From assembly GCA_038207395.1 (NCBI GenBank), contig JBBQZW010000002.1, forward strand, positions 135,752 to 195,188: 59,437 bases of DNA. The letters are read 5' to 3'. Made by a program: the position numbers and the translations under genes. The first letter of the stretch is position 1, and every line of letters starts with the position of its first letter. Source of the stretch: Minisyncoccia bacterium. GTDB taxonomy: Bacteria; Patescibacteriota; Minisyncoccia; Phycocordibacterales; Phycocordibacteraceae. This document shows, piece by piece, positions 26,146-34,215 of this stretch. The notes below the pieces were generated by a model. It was not told the origin of the DNA and did not search any database. It saw nothing but the letters and a program-made list of their open reading frames with translations.

Positions 26146-26190
26146 AGAAATAGAAAAGCGCTCGGCTTAGCCGAGCGCTTTTCTATTTCT
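26146..26190. terminator. bidirectional terminator (21-bp perfect stem) between convergent units
   Basis: AGAAATAGAAAAGCGCTCGGC-tta-GCCGAGCGCTTTTCTATTTCT. Confidence 0.85.
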
Positions 26191-26196
26191 TCGTGC

Positions 26197-26556
26197 TTAC
26201 GCGCGAACGGCGTCTACCTCCTTTGCAATGCGTGAGAACGTCTCAGGGTGCATCTGGGCGAATTCAGAAAGTACCTTACGGTCGAGTTCAAACCCTTTGC
26301 CCTTAAGTGCATTGATGAAGGTGCTGTATGACTTGAACCCTTCCTCACGAATAGCGGCGTTCAAACGAACGATCCAAAGCTGACGCATAACGGTCTTCTT
26401 ATCGCGACGGTGGTTGAAAGCATTCTTTCCGGCATGCACGAGTGATTCCTTCGCGAGGCGCTCCTTTGTTCCGCGACCATGGCGGTATCCCTTCGCACGT
26501 GAAAGTACGTTGCGTCGGCGCTTTGCTGAGATTACTCCTCCTTTGACTCGTGTCAT
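26197..26556 (-). CDS. rplT: 50S ribosomal protein bL20
   Basis: MTRVKGGVISAKRRRNVL..AKGYRHGR... Confidence 0.97.
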   Translation of the reverse strand: MTRVKGGVISAKRRRNVLSRAKGYRHGRGTKERLAKESLVHAGKNAFNHRRDKKTVMRQLWIVRLNAAIREEGFKSYSTFINALKGKGFELDRKVLSEFAQMHPETFSRIAKEVDAVRA

Positions 26557-26589
26557 ACCTAATTACGTAAAATGATTAAATGCTAGCCA

Positions 26590-26781
26590 CTACTTACTGA
26601 TTTTCGAAAGGAAGCTGCGACGAATACGGTTTGAAACCGTAAGTGACTGCTGACGCTTCTTTCCCATACGGGTTGAGCCGCTTTCCTGAGCGTTGTAGTG
26701 GTCCTGGCCTGCCTTACGGACTACCAGTTTTCCTGTTTTGGTAACGCGGATGCGCTTGGTGTATGACTTGTTAGTTTTCAT
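26590..26781 (-). CDS. rpmI: 50S ribosomal protein bL35
   Basis: The internal ATG at 26781 gives MKTNKSYTKRIRVTKTGKLVVRKAGQDH... (63 aa). The track's longer ORF runs into infC. Confidence 0.9.
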   Translation of the reverse strand: MKTNKSYTKRIRVTKTGKLVVRKAGQDHYNAQESGSTRMGKKRQQSLTVSNRIRRSFLSKISK

Positions 26782-27397
26782 GAGATTGGGTTTCTGGGTT
26801 TGGAACAACGGCTGCGACAAGCACGGGCGTTTCGGGTGTTCCTTCAGCCGCAACAGGTGCTTTTGCACCCAACGCTGCTTTCGGATCCCGTTCGATGATG
26901 GTTGCGAATCCCTTAGGGGCTCGCGTTACCGGGTCAGCGATGCGGTATGCATACGGGATCAAAAGAAGGAACTTCTCGAGCCGGGTCTTGAGGAACGCTT
27001 CCTCCATTCCCTTATAGCGTCCTTTGAGGAAGAGCTCGGCGCGAACGCGATGCCCTTCGGCAAGCCATTCGGCCGCCTTTCGGGCTTTGAGTCGCATATC
27101 GTTCTCCCCAGTACCGACTTTTATCTGTACTTCCTTAGTCTCAGAGACCTTGGCTTTAGCTCGCTGAGCGCTATCCTTTTTCTTCTGCTCGTACTGAAAT
27201 TTACCATAATCCATGATTTTCGCAACGGGTGGCTGGGCGTTTGGCGATATTTCGATCAGGTCCAAATCAAGCGCCTGGGCTGCTTTTAGAGCCTCTGCAG
27301 CAGTAATAACACCAAGGTTTTCACCCTCAGCGCCGATAACGCGCAATTGCGGCGCGCTAATTTCGCGATTTATACGTACTTTCTCTACAGTTGCCAT
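26771..27397 (-). CDS. infC: translation initiation factor IF-3 with an Ala/Pro-rich C-terminal tail
   Basis: MATVEKVRINREISAPQLRVIGAEGENLGV...MDYGKFQYEQKKK... ATG start. Overlaps the rpmI start by 11 nt. Confidence 0.95.
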   Translation of the reverse strand: MATVEKVRINREISAPQLRVIGAEGENLGVITAAEALKAAQALDLDLIEISPNAQPPVAKIMDYGKFQYEQKKKDSAQRAKAKVSETKEVQIKVGTGENDMRLKARKAAEWLAEGHRVRAELFLKGRYKGMEEAFLKTRLEKFLLLIPYAYRIADPVTRAPKGFATIIERDPKAALGAKAPVAAEGTPETPVLVAAVVPNPETQSHEN

Positions 27398-27408
27398 TGT
27401 TTGTCCTC

Positions 27409-27437
27409 AGTATACAACGATAACCGCCAAACTACAA
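27409..27437 (-). promoter_or_regulatory. candidate promoter very close to the infC start
   Basis: On the minus strand: TTGTAG, 17-nt spacer, TATACT, then gaggacaaaca, then ATG. The -10 element ends only 11 nt before the start codon. Confidence 0.3.
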
Positions 27438-27453
27438 CGTATTTTAACGATGG

Positions 27454-27484
27454 AGCCCCGCAGGAGCGAAGCTCCTGCGGGGCT
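27454..27484 (-). terminator. GC-rich hairpin (14-15 bp, GAA loop) after the small upstream ORF
   Basis: AGCCCCGCAGGAGC-gaa-GCTCCTGCGGGGCT. The T run on the minus strand is weak. Confidence 0.45.
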
Positions 27485-27674
27485 AGGGAAATGGACGTGC
27501 TCCATCCAGACGTATCGTGAGTTCTACACGAAGACCATCCTGGGTAAACCCCCAGGAACCCTCATGGACTTCACTAATTGCCTGAGTAATTTCTGAATAC
27601 GTGGGTGTTTCAGTATCAGAAATACCAAGTTTTTGTCCAAATTCTCGTAAAACCTGCGCTCTTGGCTCAACCAC
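27483..27674 (-). CDS. hypothetical small protein (63 aa)
   Basis: GTG start preceded by AGGAG 8 nt upstream. Followed by the hairpin at 27454-27484. Confidence 0.4.
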   Translation of the reverse strand: MVEPRAQVLREFGQKLGISDTETPTYSEITQAISEVHEGSWGFTQDGLRVELTIRLDGARPFP

Positions 27675-27783
27675 GTTATATCTCCTGAGGTGTTTCCTTG
27701 GCTAGAGTACTATATCTGCCTCTTCAAGCAAAAGGGGATAGTGATGTAGTATTCTTACTCCATTACCTATTGATATTTGAGCC

Positions 27784-28185
27784 ATGCTTACTGGATTTAA
27801 AACATTCTTGCTTAGAGGGAACGTCGTGGACTTGGCAGTCGGTGTCGTTGTTGGTGCTGCTTTTACTAACATCGTTAACTCACTTGTTGCTGATTTACTT
27901 ACCCCACTCATTGGAGCGATCGCAAGAGTGCCTGATTTCAGCAATCTTTCCTTCGCAATCAACGGAAGTAAGTTTATGTATGGAGACTTTATAAATAAGT
28001 TTATATCGTTTCTCTTGGTTGCCACAGCAGTGTACTTCTTTGTCGTAGTACCAATGAATACACTTATTGCGCGTACGAAGAAGGAGGCGCCCACCGATCC
28101 AACCACAAAACGATGTCCTGAATGTATGAGTGAAGTTAACGTTGAAGCGAAAAAGTGTGCGTTCTGCACGTCTGATATCGCGTAA
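27784..28185 (+). CDS. mscL: large-conductance mechanosensitive channel MscL with a C-terminal CxxC...CxxC zinc-ribbon-like tail
   Basis: MLTGFKTFLLRGNVVDLAVGVVVGAAFTNIVNSLVADLLTPLIG...; tail KRCPECMSEVNVEAKKCAFCTSDI. Confidence 0.9.
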   Translation: MLTGFKTFLLRGNVVDLAVGVVVGAAFTNIVNSLVADLLTPLIGAIARVPDFSNLSFAINGSKFMYGDFINKFISFLLVATAVYFFVVVPMNTLIARTKKEAPTDPTTKRCPECMSEVNVEAKKCAFCTSDIA

Positions 28186-28191
28186 CAGAGT

Positions 28192-28848
28192 ATGAGGCAG
28201 TACGTGAGATTAGTCACCCAAGTATTCTCCTGGAGATATATTCCCGTACATTTCTTTGCAGTTCTTTCAACGGCGTTTCTCGTGGTATCAGGTCTCGACT
28301 GGGCATACTTTATCTTTACGCTCAAGTACGCACCTCCTTACCTTCTCTTTATTGCCGATATTACCGGCTTCATTATTCCCCTAAGTATTCTGTTAGTTTC
28401 TGCATGGTATTTCGTATTCAAGAAAGACTTGTTGAAAAGGGTATACGCCTCAGCAATGGTGTACGCGATAATCTTAGGATTCACGCTTTCTGAAATCATA
28501 AAAATCTTCACGGGTAGAACCTCACCCCCACTCCACTTTCATGGAGAAAGTTCAGTACTGCTTGATAATAGTCATGACTTCCATTTTGGATTTATGCAGG
28601 AACAAATCATTGGCGGGTGGCCTTCCTCGCATGCGACGGTAACCTTCGCCTTAGTCACTGCGTTTGTGGTGCTTGCTCGTCCAAAATTACCGGTGCGTAT
28701 TGCGCTGTATACGCTAGCGTTCTTTGTTGCGGTAGGTGTTAGTTTTGGCTTTCACTGGATTTCCGAGACAGTCGCCGGCATATGTTTAGGCATGGTGATT
28801 GGTGTAGTGGTTGGGAATTGGTATAAGAAAGTGCTTAAAAAAGCTTAA
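28192..28848 (+). CDS. PAP2 superfamily membrane phosphatase
   Basis: KIFTGRTSPP / WPSSHAT / FGFHWISETVAG fit the three PAP2 motifs (KxxxxxxRP, PSGH, SRxxxxxHxxxD) loosely. Polytopic. Confidence 0.7.
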   Translation: MRQYVRLVTQVFSWRYIPVHFFAVLSTAFLVVSGLDWAYFIFTLKYAPPYLLFIADITGFIIPLSILLVSAWYFVFKKDLLKRVYASAMVYAIILGFTLSEIIKIFTGRTSPPLHFHGESSVLLDNSHDFHFGFMQEQIIGGWPSSHATVTFALVTAFVVLARPKLPVRIALYTLAFFVAVGVSFGFHWISETVAGICLGMVIGVVVGNWYKKVLKKA

Positions 28849-28926
28849 TTAGTGAGAGGTTGAGAAAGAACGGAGCTTCGCAAACGTCTCTACTATATAT
28901 CCCATAGCCATCCTTAATTTCATCCT

Positions 28927-29805
28927 ATGCGTCTCTACCTCACTCGAATTCTTCCAATGCTCCTTATAAGTCTCATGACTGCTTCATTTGCTAACGCTGC
29001 CGAGATCCCATCACAAGATTTAACCCTAGGCTCTCGAGGTGAAGGAGTGGTGTGGTTGCAGAATTACTTGATCGAGAACTCCAGTAATCCTGCCTCGATA
29101 TCTCTTAAGGCAGCTGGAGCGACCGGATACTTTGGTCCGCTTACCCGCACCGCGCTTGGAGAATATCAGCGTGAACATCTAATAACTCCTACCCAAGGGT
29201 ATTTCGGCGCAAAGACTCGTGCGCTTATTTCTGGACTGACCGTTAGTCACCATGCCCCCACTTTCTCTGGAACTATTTCAGCCGTTGATACCGGATGTTT
29301 TGCTGATGGTGTGTGTAGCGTAACCATAGGCGGGAAGAACGTAATTTTGCTCTCAGGATTTCGCATTTCTCCACCAGCTGTTGGTTCGCTAAAGGGCGTT
29401 GATTCCATTGGTGATCTTGGGAGCAGAATAGGCGCAACAGCAAATGTGTACGCGGCCACCACTTCGGGAAGTGCCGCAGACTATACCCTGTATGGAAGTA
29501 AGGACTATTACGTAGAGGTAGTACCCGCTAAGCCAGTAGGGAAACCGATAACTGTACGTGGGGTGATTAGTTGTCTTCCTGCTAAGGATCCGACACGTCC
29601 AGTGATTGCACTGTGTGCCTTTGGTATTAAGACTGATACTGGCGTATATTACGCACTCAGTGATTCAGAAGAACATCCAGGTCAAATAGCGAATGCAGGT
29701 GTCAGTGAACACATTGAGATTTCAGGTACGCTTCGACCTGAAATTGCACACACTGTCTTCAAAGGGGAAGGGACTATTGAAATAAAAACTGTTAAGAAGA
29801 TCTAG
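28927..29805 (+). CDS. secreted peptidoglycan-binding (PG_binding_1-like) domain protein with an unknown C-terminal domain
   Basis: Signal peptide MRLYLTRILPMLLISLMTASFANA. LGSRGEGVVWLQNYL...GYFGPLTRTALGEYQ...GYFGAKTRALI. Confidence 0.7.
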   Translation: MRLYLTRILPMLLISLMTASFANAAEIPSQDLTLGSRGEGVVWLQNYLIENSSNPASISLKAAGATGYFGPLTRTALGEYQREHLITPTQGYFGAKTRALISGLTVSHHAPTFSGTISAVDTGCFADGVCSVTIGGKNVILLSGFRISPPAVGSLKGVDSIGDLGSRIGATANVYAATTSGSAADYTLYGSKDYYVEVVPAKPVGKPITVRGVISCLPAKDPTRPVIALCAFGIKTDTGVYYALSDSEEHPGQIANAGVSEHIEISGTLRPEIAHTVFKGEGTIEIKTVKKI

Positions 29806-29820
29806 ATTAGTTCGTATCAA

Positions 29821-30243
29821 CTAGGATTCTTGCCACGTAGCCTTAGTGGGGGATTTGTCATACATCATCTGGTTTTTAACTATGGTATACATGTGGTCTT
29901 CAATAAAGGTGCAAAACTCCAATATTTCCTGAGCGCATTTTTTACCCATCGGTGTCAACCTATATTCAACACGAGGCGGGATTACCGTATAACTTTTCCT
30001 CACGACTAATCCGTCTCTCTCGAAATGCCGTAGGGTTTGGGACAACATTTTTTCGGAAATCCCGTCTATCCGATTCCGCAGTTCGCCGAAACGCATAACT
30101 TTGTTTTCGGATAAAGCCTTCAATACCACCGATCCCCAAACGCTAGAAACATGATCGATTATTGAACGGCTGGGGCACAGCCGGTTATACAAATCGCCTT
30201 GCTTGGGCAATTCTGCGAAGAGTTCATAGTTAATACTTACCAT
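29821..30243 (-). CDS. HxlR family transcriptional regulator
   Basis: CPSRSIIDHVSSVWGSVVLKAL....MRFGELRNRIDGISEKMLSQTLRHFERDGLVVRK.Y.VIPPRVEYRLTPMG. Confidence 0.88.
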   Translation of the reverse strand: MVSINYELFAELPKQGDLYNRLCPSRSIIDHVSSVWGSVVLKALSENKVMRFGELRNRIDGISEKMLSQTLRHFERDGLVVRKSYTVIPPRVEYRLTPMGKKCAQEILEFCTFIEDHMYTIVKNQMMYDKSPTKATWQES

Positions 30244-30312
30244 GGTGTTAGTTCTTGTCTGTTTATCTATACTAACTTATCGTAAGTACATACACAAATT
30301 AAAAGATCACCT

Positions 30313-30699
30313 ATGAAACTATACGAATCTAAATTTTACTCTTTCGAACTCGAACAAGATCGCATTATCAATCGGTGGAACGAAAACACTGACCAGATGA
30401 CGTATCAAGACTTTCAAGATGCGTTGATGAACTTGGCCGGCTTTGTCATAGAACATAATGCACAGCAGATTCTTATAGACACTACCAATTTTAAATTTCA
30501 ATTACCTGCAGAAAATGATCACTGGCGAAATGACGTATTCTACCCGCGAATAACAAAGGTGGGCAAAATAAAACAAGCACTAGTGATGCCCACTGAGTAT
30601 CTTACGTTCGTAAAAGACGAAACTGAAGATGGAGTGATTGTGCCAACTAGGTACTTTGATAAGGAGTCAGAAGCAGTCGATTGGTTAACTAATGGTTAA
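30313..30699 (+). CDS. hypothetical protein, possibly STAS/SpoIIAA-like fold
   Basis: 128 aa in an AT-rich region, divergent from the HxlR gene. The fold assignment is a weak impression only. Confidence 0.5.
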   Translation: MKLYESKFYSFELEQDRIINRWNENTDQMTYQDFQDALMNLAGFVIEHNAQQILIDTTNFKFQLPAENDHWRNDVFYPRITKVGKIKQALVMPTEYLTFVKDETEDGVIVPTRYFDKESEAVDWLTNG

Positions 30700-30757
30700 T
30701 GGATTGCTGATTCTAATATTCTCAATAATTCTCAACAACAATACTGCCAGCCATACA

Positions 30758-30792
30758 CATTAGAAAACCGCCTTGAAGGCGGTTTTCTAATG
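30758..30792. terminator. bidirectional terminator shared by ORF 30313-30699 (+) and ssrA (-)
   Basis: CATTAGAAAACCGCC-ttgaa-GGCGGTTTTCTAATG. Confidence 0.75.
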
Positions 30793-30821
30793 TTCCATGT
30801 GTTTCCACATACTTCTATATC

Positions 30822-31239
30822 GGTGGAGGTGGGGGGAATTGGACCCCCGTCCGTATCTGGCCTTGAGAACGAGTCTACGACGCGTAGCTCATATTATGGT
30901 TTCAGCAAAAGAATAAGAACATGAGCGAAAACGCTTTTGCTAGAGTCCGTTGTTTAGATGAGTTCGTTGGACACCGAACCACCGATTCTGTAGAAGATTC
31001 CGCCTCCACTATTCGCTACAGAAACCGGATAGTGAAAACGTCGCTTAGCGAGTCGAGCCGAAGCTCAAGACTTACGCGTAAGCGAACGCAAAGTCAGACA
31101 CCTTGAAAGGTGAGAGGGTCTTTGCGCGTGCAACAGTTTTGTTTGCACGTATTGGTCTATGCGTTGGTATGGCGAGTCAGCATAGTTCTCCCGCGTCGCA
31201 CGTTTCTCAAGGTACAGACCGTCAAAGCCGGTCACCCCC
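30822..31239 (-). ncRNA. ssrA: tmRNA (transfer-messenger RNA)
   Basis: Minus strand, 5' end GGGGGTGACCGGCTTTGACGG... and 3' end ...GGACGGGGGTCCAATTCCCCCCACCTCCACC. The acceptor GGGGGUG/CACCUCC includes a G3:U wobble. T-arm is GGGGG-TCCAATT-CCCCC. Internal tag frame GCA AAC AAA ... GCT TAC GCG TAA (31146-31072) encodes ANKTVARAKTLSPFKVSDFAFAYA*. smpB lies upstream. Confidence 0.9.
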
Positions 31240-31299
31240 AGGCTGGATTCATAACAGGAGCATGAATCCAGCCTGGGAAGGGCCCGCACGATAAACGCT

Positions 31300-31328
31300 T
31301 GAAAATGGCGGGGAACCGAGGTTCCCCG
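31300..31328 (-). terminator. hairpin plus T run after the 77-aa ORF
   Basis: Minus strand: CGGGGAACC-tc-GGTTCCCCG followed by CCATTTTC. Confidence 0.5.
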
Positions 31329-31367
31329 AGTGGTGCTGGGTGAGCAGCGTAAGGTGGGCTGGAATGG

Positions 31368-31601
31368 TTACGTGATGATGTCAGTCAACAGTTTTCGCTT
31401 GCCGAAACCGGTATATTGCCGGTCGAACCGGCGGTCACGTGCATTCGGGTCACCTTGCGAATATTCGGGTCTTGATCGACGTCTGTCAGGACCTCGATAT
31501 CGACAATTCGATCGTTCGGCCAGGATTTCTGCCGCCATAACGAACGTAGACTGGAGAATTTCCGTTTCATCCTGGATGAATGATTCGTCATCAATAAACA
31601 T
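31368..31601 (-). CDS. hypothetical Arg-rich small protein (77 aa) between smpB and ssrA
   Basis: ATG 31601 is preceded by AGGAGG at 6-nt spacing. MFIDDESFIQDETEILQ...RYRGPDRRRSRPEYSQGDPNARDRRFDRQ... Confidence 0.5.
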   Translation of the reverse strand: MFIDDESFIQDETEILQSTFVMAAEILAERSNCRYRGPDRRRSRPEYSQGDPNARDRRFDRQYTGFGKRKLLTDIIT

Positions 31602-31662
31602 ATATTTCCTCCTTGTTGAACCACTTTCAAACGTTCATCTAACCCATAGGAGAGTATACTCC

Positions 31663-32109
31663 TTATTTTTTAGCGCGCATTGCTCTATCCATCTCGCGCT
31701 GCGCATCTTTACGCTTGAGGTCTTCACGCTTATCAGATGAGTTTTTTCCACGAACGATAGCAATGCGCGCCTTTAGGTATCTTCCTGCACTATACAACTC
31801 TAAAGGCACTATTGTCAACCCTTTCTTTGCCTCATGTTCGGCCAAATAGAGGAGTTCGCTTTTCTTAAGGAGAAGTTTTCGCGGGTGTTCAGGATCATAG
31901 CCAGCGGGCGTGTTTGCTTGCTGGTACGGAGGGATGGACATGCCAACAATGAAGGCTTCGCCACCACGAATAACCACCCGAGAACCCTCCAAGGATCCGT
32001 GCTTGTTTCGCAGACTCTTCACCTCAGCTCCGGTAAGTTGAACCCCTGCTGTCAGTGATTCTATGACCGTATACTTCAGCCCTGCCTTTTTATACTGAAT
32101 GAGTGCCAT
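31663..32109 (-). CDS. smpB: SsrA-binding protein SmpB
   Basis: 148 aa, ...ESLTAGVQLTGAEVKSLR....L.GS.V.I..GEA...G..I.PY......DP.R.RKLLL.K.E...... Confidence 0.95.
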   Translation of the reverse strand: MALIQYKKAGLKYTVIESLTAGVQLTGAEVKSLRNKHGSLEGSRVVIRGGEAFIVGMSIPPYQQANTPAGYDPEHPRKLLLKKSELLYLAEHEAKKGLTIVPLELYSAGRYLKARIAIVRGKNSSDKREDLKRKDAQREMDRAMRAKK

Positions 32110-32149
32110 GGTTTCAGAATCGCATTATTCGACGTATAATCAAGCGACT

Positions 32150-34138
32150 ATGGCACACAACGCATCACCAGAAAAAAAGTCGAACAAGAAAGAAAATAGT
32201 TCTGTGAAAAAGGATGAAAAAAAAGGAAAGAAAGAATCAAATAATCCATTAGCATCAATCATGCCGGGTGGCCCTGGTTTTTTCGCAAATTTAGTAACAA
32301 CCATTATTGTGTTCTTGCTTCTTATAAGTGCCTACTCACTTGTTGATTCAAGTACTAAAAAAGTCTCAACTATTTCACTTACTGAAGTGGCGAACGATGT
32401 TCGTGCCGGAAAAGTAGAGAATATTTCTGTTTCGGGAAATGACGTGAAGCTCGCGTATAGCGATGGGTCACATAAGAAAGCCATGAAAGATCCAAACCAG
32501 GGTCTCACGGAAACACTTGCGGCATACGGCGCGACTCCCGATCAGCTTTCACAGGTGAATATCACCATTGCAACTGAATCGGGTTTTAGATTCTGGATTT
32601 CCACGCTCCTTCCTATTCTGCTTCCTATTCTCCTCCTTGGTATTTTATTCTTCTTCCTTATGCGTCAGGTTCGAGGAGCAGGGATGCAGGCATTTACCTT
32701 TGGTCAGAGTAAGGCGCGTCTAACGGACCCTGCTGACCTTAATACACGCGTTACATTTGCGGACGTTGCGGGCGCGAAGGAAGCAAAGGAAGAGTTAATG
32801 GAAATCGTGGATTTCTTAAAGAATCCTAAGAAATTTCTTGATATTGGCGCACGCATTCCTAAGGGCATTATGCTCATGGGAGCTCCTGGTACGGGAAAGA
32901 CCCTGCTCGCACGTGCTGTGGCCGGCGAAGCCGGCGTTCCGTTCCTTTCTATCTCAGGTTCTGAATTCGTTGAGATGTTCGTAGGAGTCGGTGCGTCACG
33001 CGTACGTGATTTGTTCCAGCTCGCAAAGAAATCAAGTCCCGCAATTATCTTTGTTGATGAAATTGATGCTGTTGGACGTGTTCGTGGTACGGGAGTAGGG
33101 GGAGGAAATGATGAGCGCGAGCAAACTCTTAACCAGATTCTGGTGGAGATGGACGGCTTTGAACCCACTGAGAAAGTTATCGTTATTGCCGCCACAAACC
33201 GCCCTGACGTTCTTGATCCAGCACTGCTTCGTCCCGGACGTTTTGACCGCCGTGTGACCATTGATCTTCCTGATAGAAAAGATCGTCTTGAGATTTTGGG
33301 CGTGCACTCTCGAAAGAAGCCCTTTGGCCCTGACGTAAACCTTGAGGTTATTGCTGAGCGCACCCCAGGTTTCTCTGGAGCTGAGCTCTACTCACTTATG
33401 AATGAAGGAGCTATCCTAGCCGCTCGTGAGGACCGTAAAGAGATTACACAGTACGACCTTATTCGTTCTATTGAGAAAGTGATTCTCGGCCCTGAACGTA
33501 AGAGTCATCTTATGAGTAAGAAGCAGAAGCGTCTTACGGCATATCACGAAGTGGGCCATGCACTCGTTTCTTCAATTCTTCCGTACGCAGATCCGGTGCA
33601 TAAGATTTCTATCATCTCTCGTGGGCGTGCCGCTGGATACACTCTAAAGCTCCCGTTTGAAGATACGAAGATGCAATCACGAAAAGAGTTTCTTGATGAT
33701 ATTGCAGGAACACTCGGAGGATTCGTTGCAGAAGAAATGGTATTCGGAGATGTTACGACCGGTCCCTCAAATGATCTGGCCGTAGTTACGGCGCTCGCAC
33801 GTGACATGGTGTCTCGCTACGGCATGAGTGAAAAGCTTGGGCCAGTAGCATTTGCAACAGATCAGAACTATCGCAGTGAAACGTACTCACAGGATGTAGC
33901 TGCAAAGATTGATGGTGAAGTTACGCGTATTATTGAAGAAGCGAAGGAGAAGGCGCGTGAAGTACTCAGTACGCACAGAAGTGCTCTGGATGCTATTTCA
34001 GAAGAGCTGGTTAAGGTTGAAACAATGGAACGCGAAGAGTTTGAAAAACTTCTCATCCTTAACGGCATCACGCCGAAGAAGAAAGAGGAAGAAGAGGTTG
34101 TTGCTGAGCTTATTGCTTCAGTGGAACCTAAGGGGTAA
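32150..34138 (+). CDS. ftsH: ATP-dependent zinc metalloprotease FtsH
   Basis: [44 protein letters not shown]...HEVGHAL. ATG 32150 is preferred because the track start at 32099 overlaps the divergent smpB start. Confidence 0.96.
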   Translation: MAHNASPEKKSNKKENSSVKKDEKKGKKESNNPLASIMPGGPGFFANLVTTIIVFLLLISAYSLVDSSTKKVSTISLTEVANDVRAGKVENISVSGNDVKLAYSDGSHKKAMKDPNQGLTETLAAYGATPDQLSQVNITIATESGFRFWISTLLPILLPILLLGILFFFLMRQVRGAGMQAFTFGQSKARLTDPADLNTRVTFADVAGAKEAKEELMEIVDFLKNPKKFLDIGARIPKGIMLMGAPGTGKTLLARAVAGEAGVPFLSISGSEFVEMFVGVGASRVRDLFQLAKKSSPAIIFVDEIDAVGRVRGTGVGGGNDEREQTLNQILVEMDGFEPTEKVIVIAATNRPDVLDPALLRPGRFDRRVTIDLPDRKDRLEILGVHSRKKPFGPDVNLEVIAERTPGFSGAELYSLMNEGAILAAREDRKEITQYDLIRSIEKVILGPERKSHLMSKKQKRLTAYHEVGHALVSSILPYADPVHKISIISRGRAAGYTLKLPFEDTKMQSRKEFLDDIAGTLGGFVAEEMVFGDVTTGPSNDLAVVTALARDMVSRYGMSEKLGPVAFATDQNYRSETYSQDVAAKIDGEVTRIIEEAKEKAREVLSTHRSALDAISEELVKVETMEREEFEKLLILNGITPKKKEEEEVVAELIASVEPKG

Positions 34139-34150
34139 GTGGAGCATGGA

Positions 34151-34189
34151 ACGAGAAAAGCCACGCACGAAGTGCGCGGCTTTTCTCGT
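34151..34189 (+). terminator. intrinsic terminator after ftsH
   Basis: ACGAGAAAAGCCACGCAC-gaa-GTGCGCGGCTTTTCTCGT, with one mismatch. Confidence 0.7.
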
Positions 34190-34215
34190 ATCAAACACCA
34201 GAGTATAGTGAGTGG

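Noticed and set aside
27702-28325. 207-aa ORF on the minus strand, overlapping mscL and the start of the PAP2 gene.
   Set aside because: It is antisense to two genes with clear family signatures. The sequence is low-complexity and has no start context. I treat it as a shadow ORF.
30244-30312. Short inverted repeats (GTTAGT...ACTAAC and ACTTA-tcg-TAAGT), considered as an annotated HxlR operator.
   Set aside because: The arms are only 5-6 bp in an AT-rich region, which is too short to distinguish from chance without comparative data. They are mentioned only within the islet finding.
30921-31740. Four track ORFs: 30921-31106 (+), 31065-31289 (-), 31103-31294 (+) and 31330-31740 (+).
   Set aside because: The first three lie within or across the tmRNA gene or its leader hairpin. 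The fourth is antisense to the SD-bearing 77-aa ORF and to the smpB 3' end.
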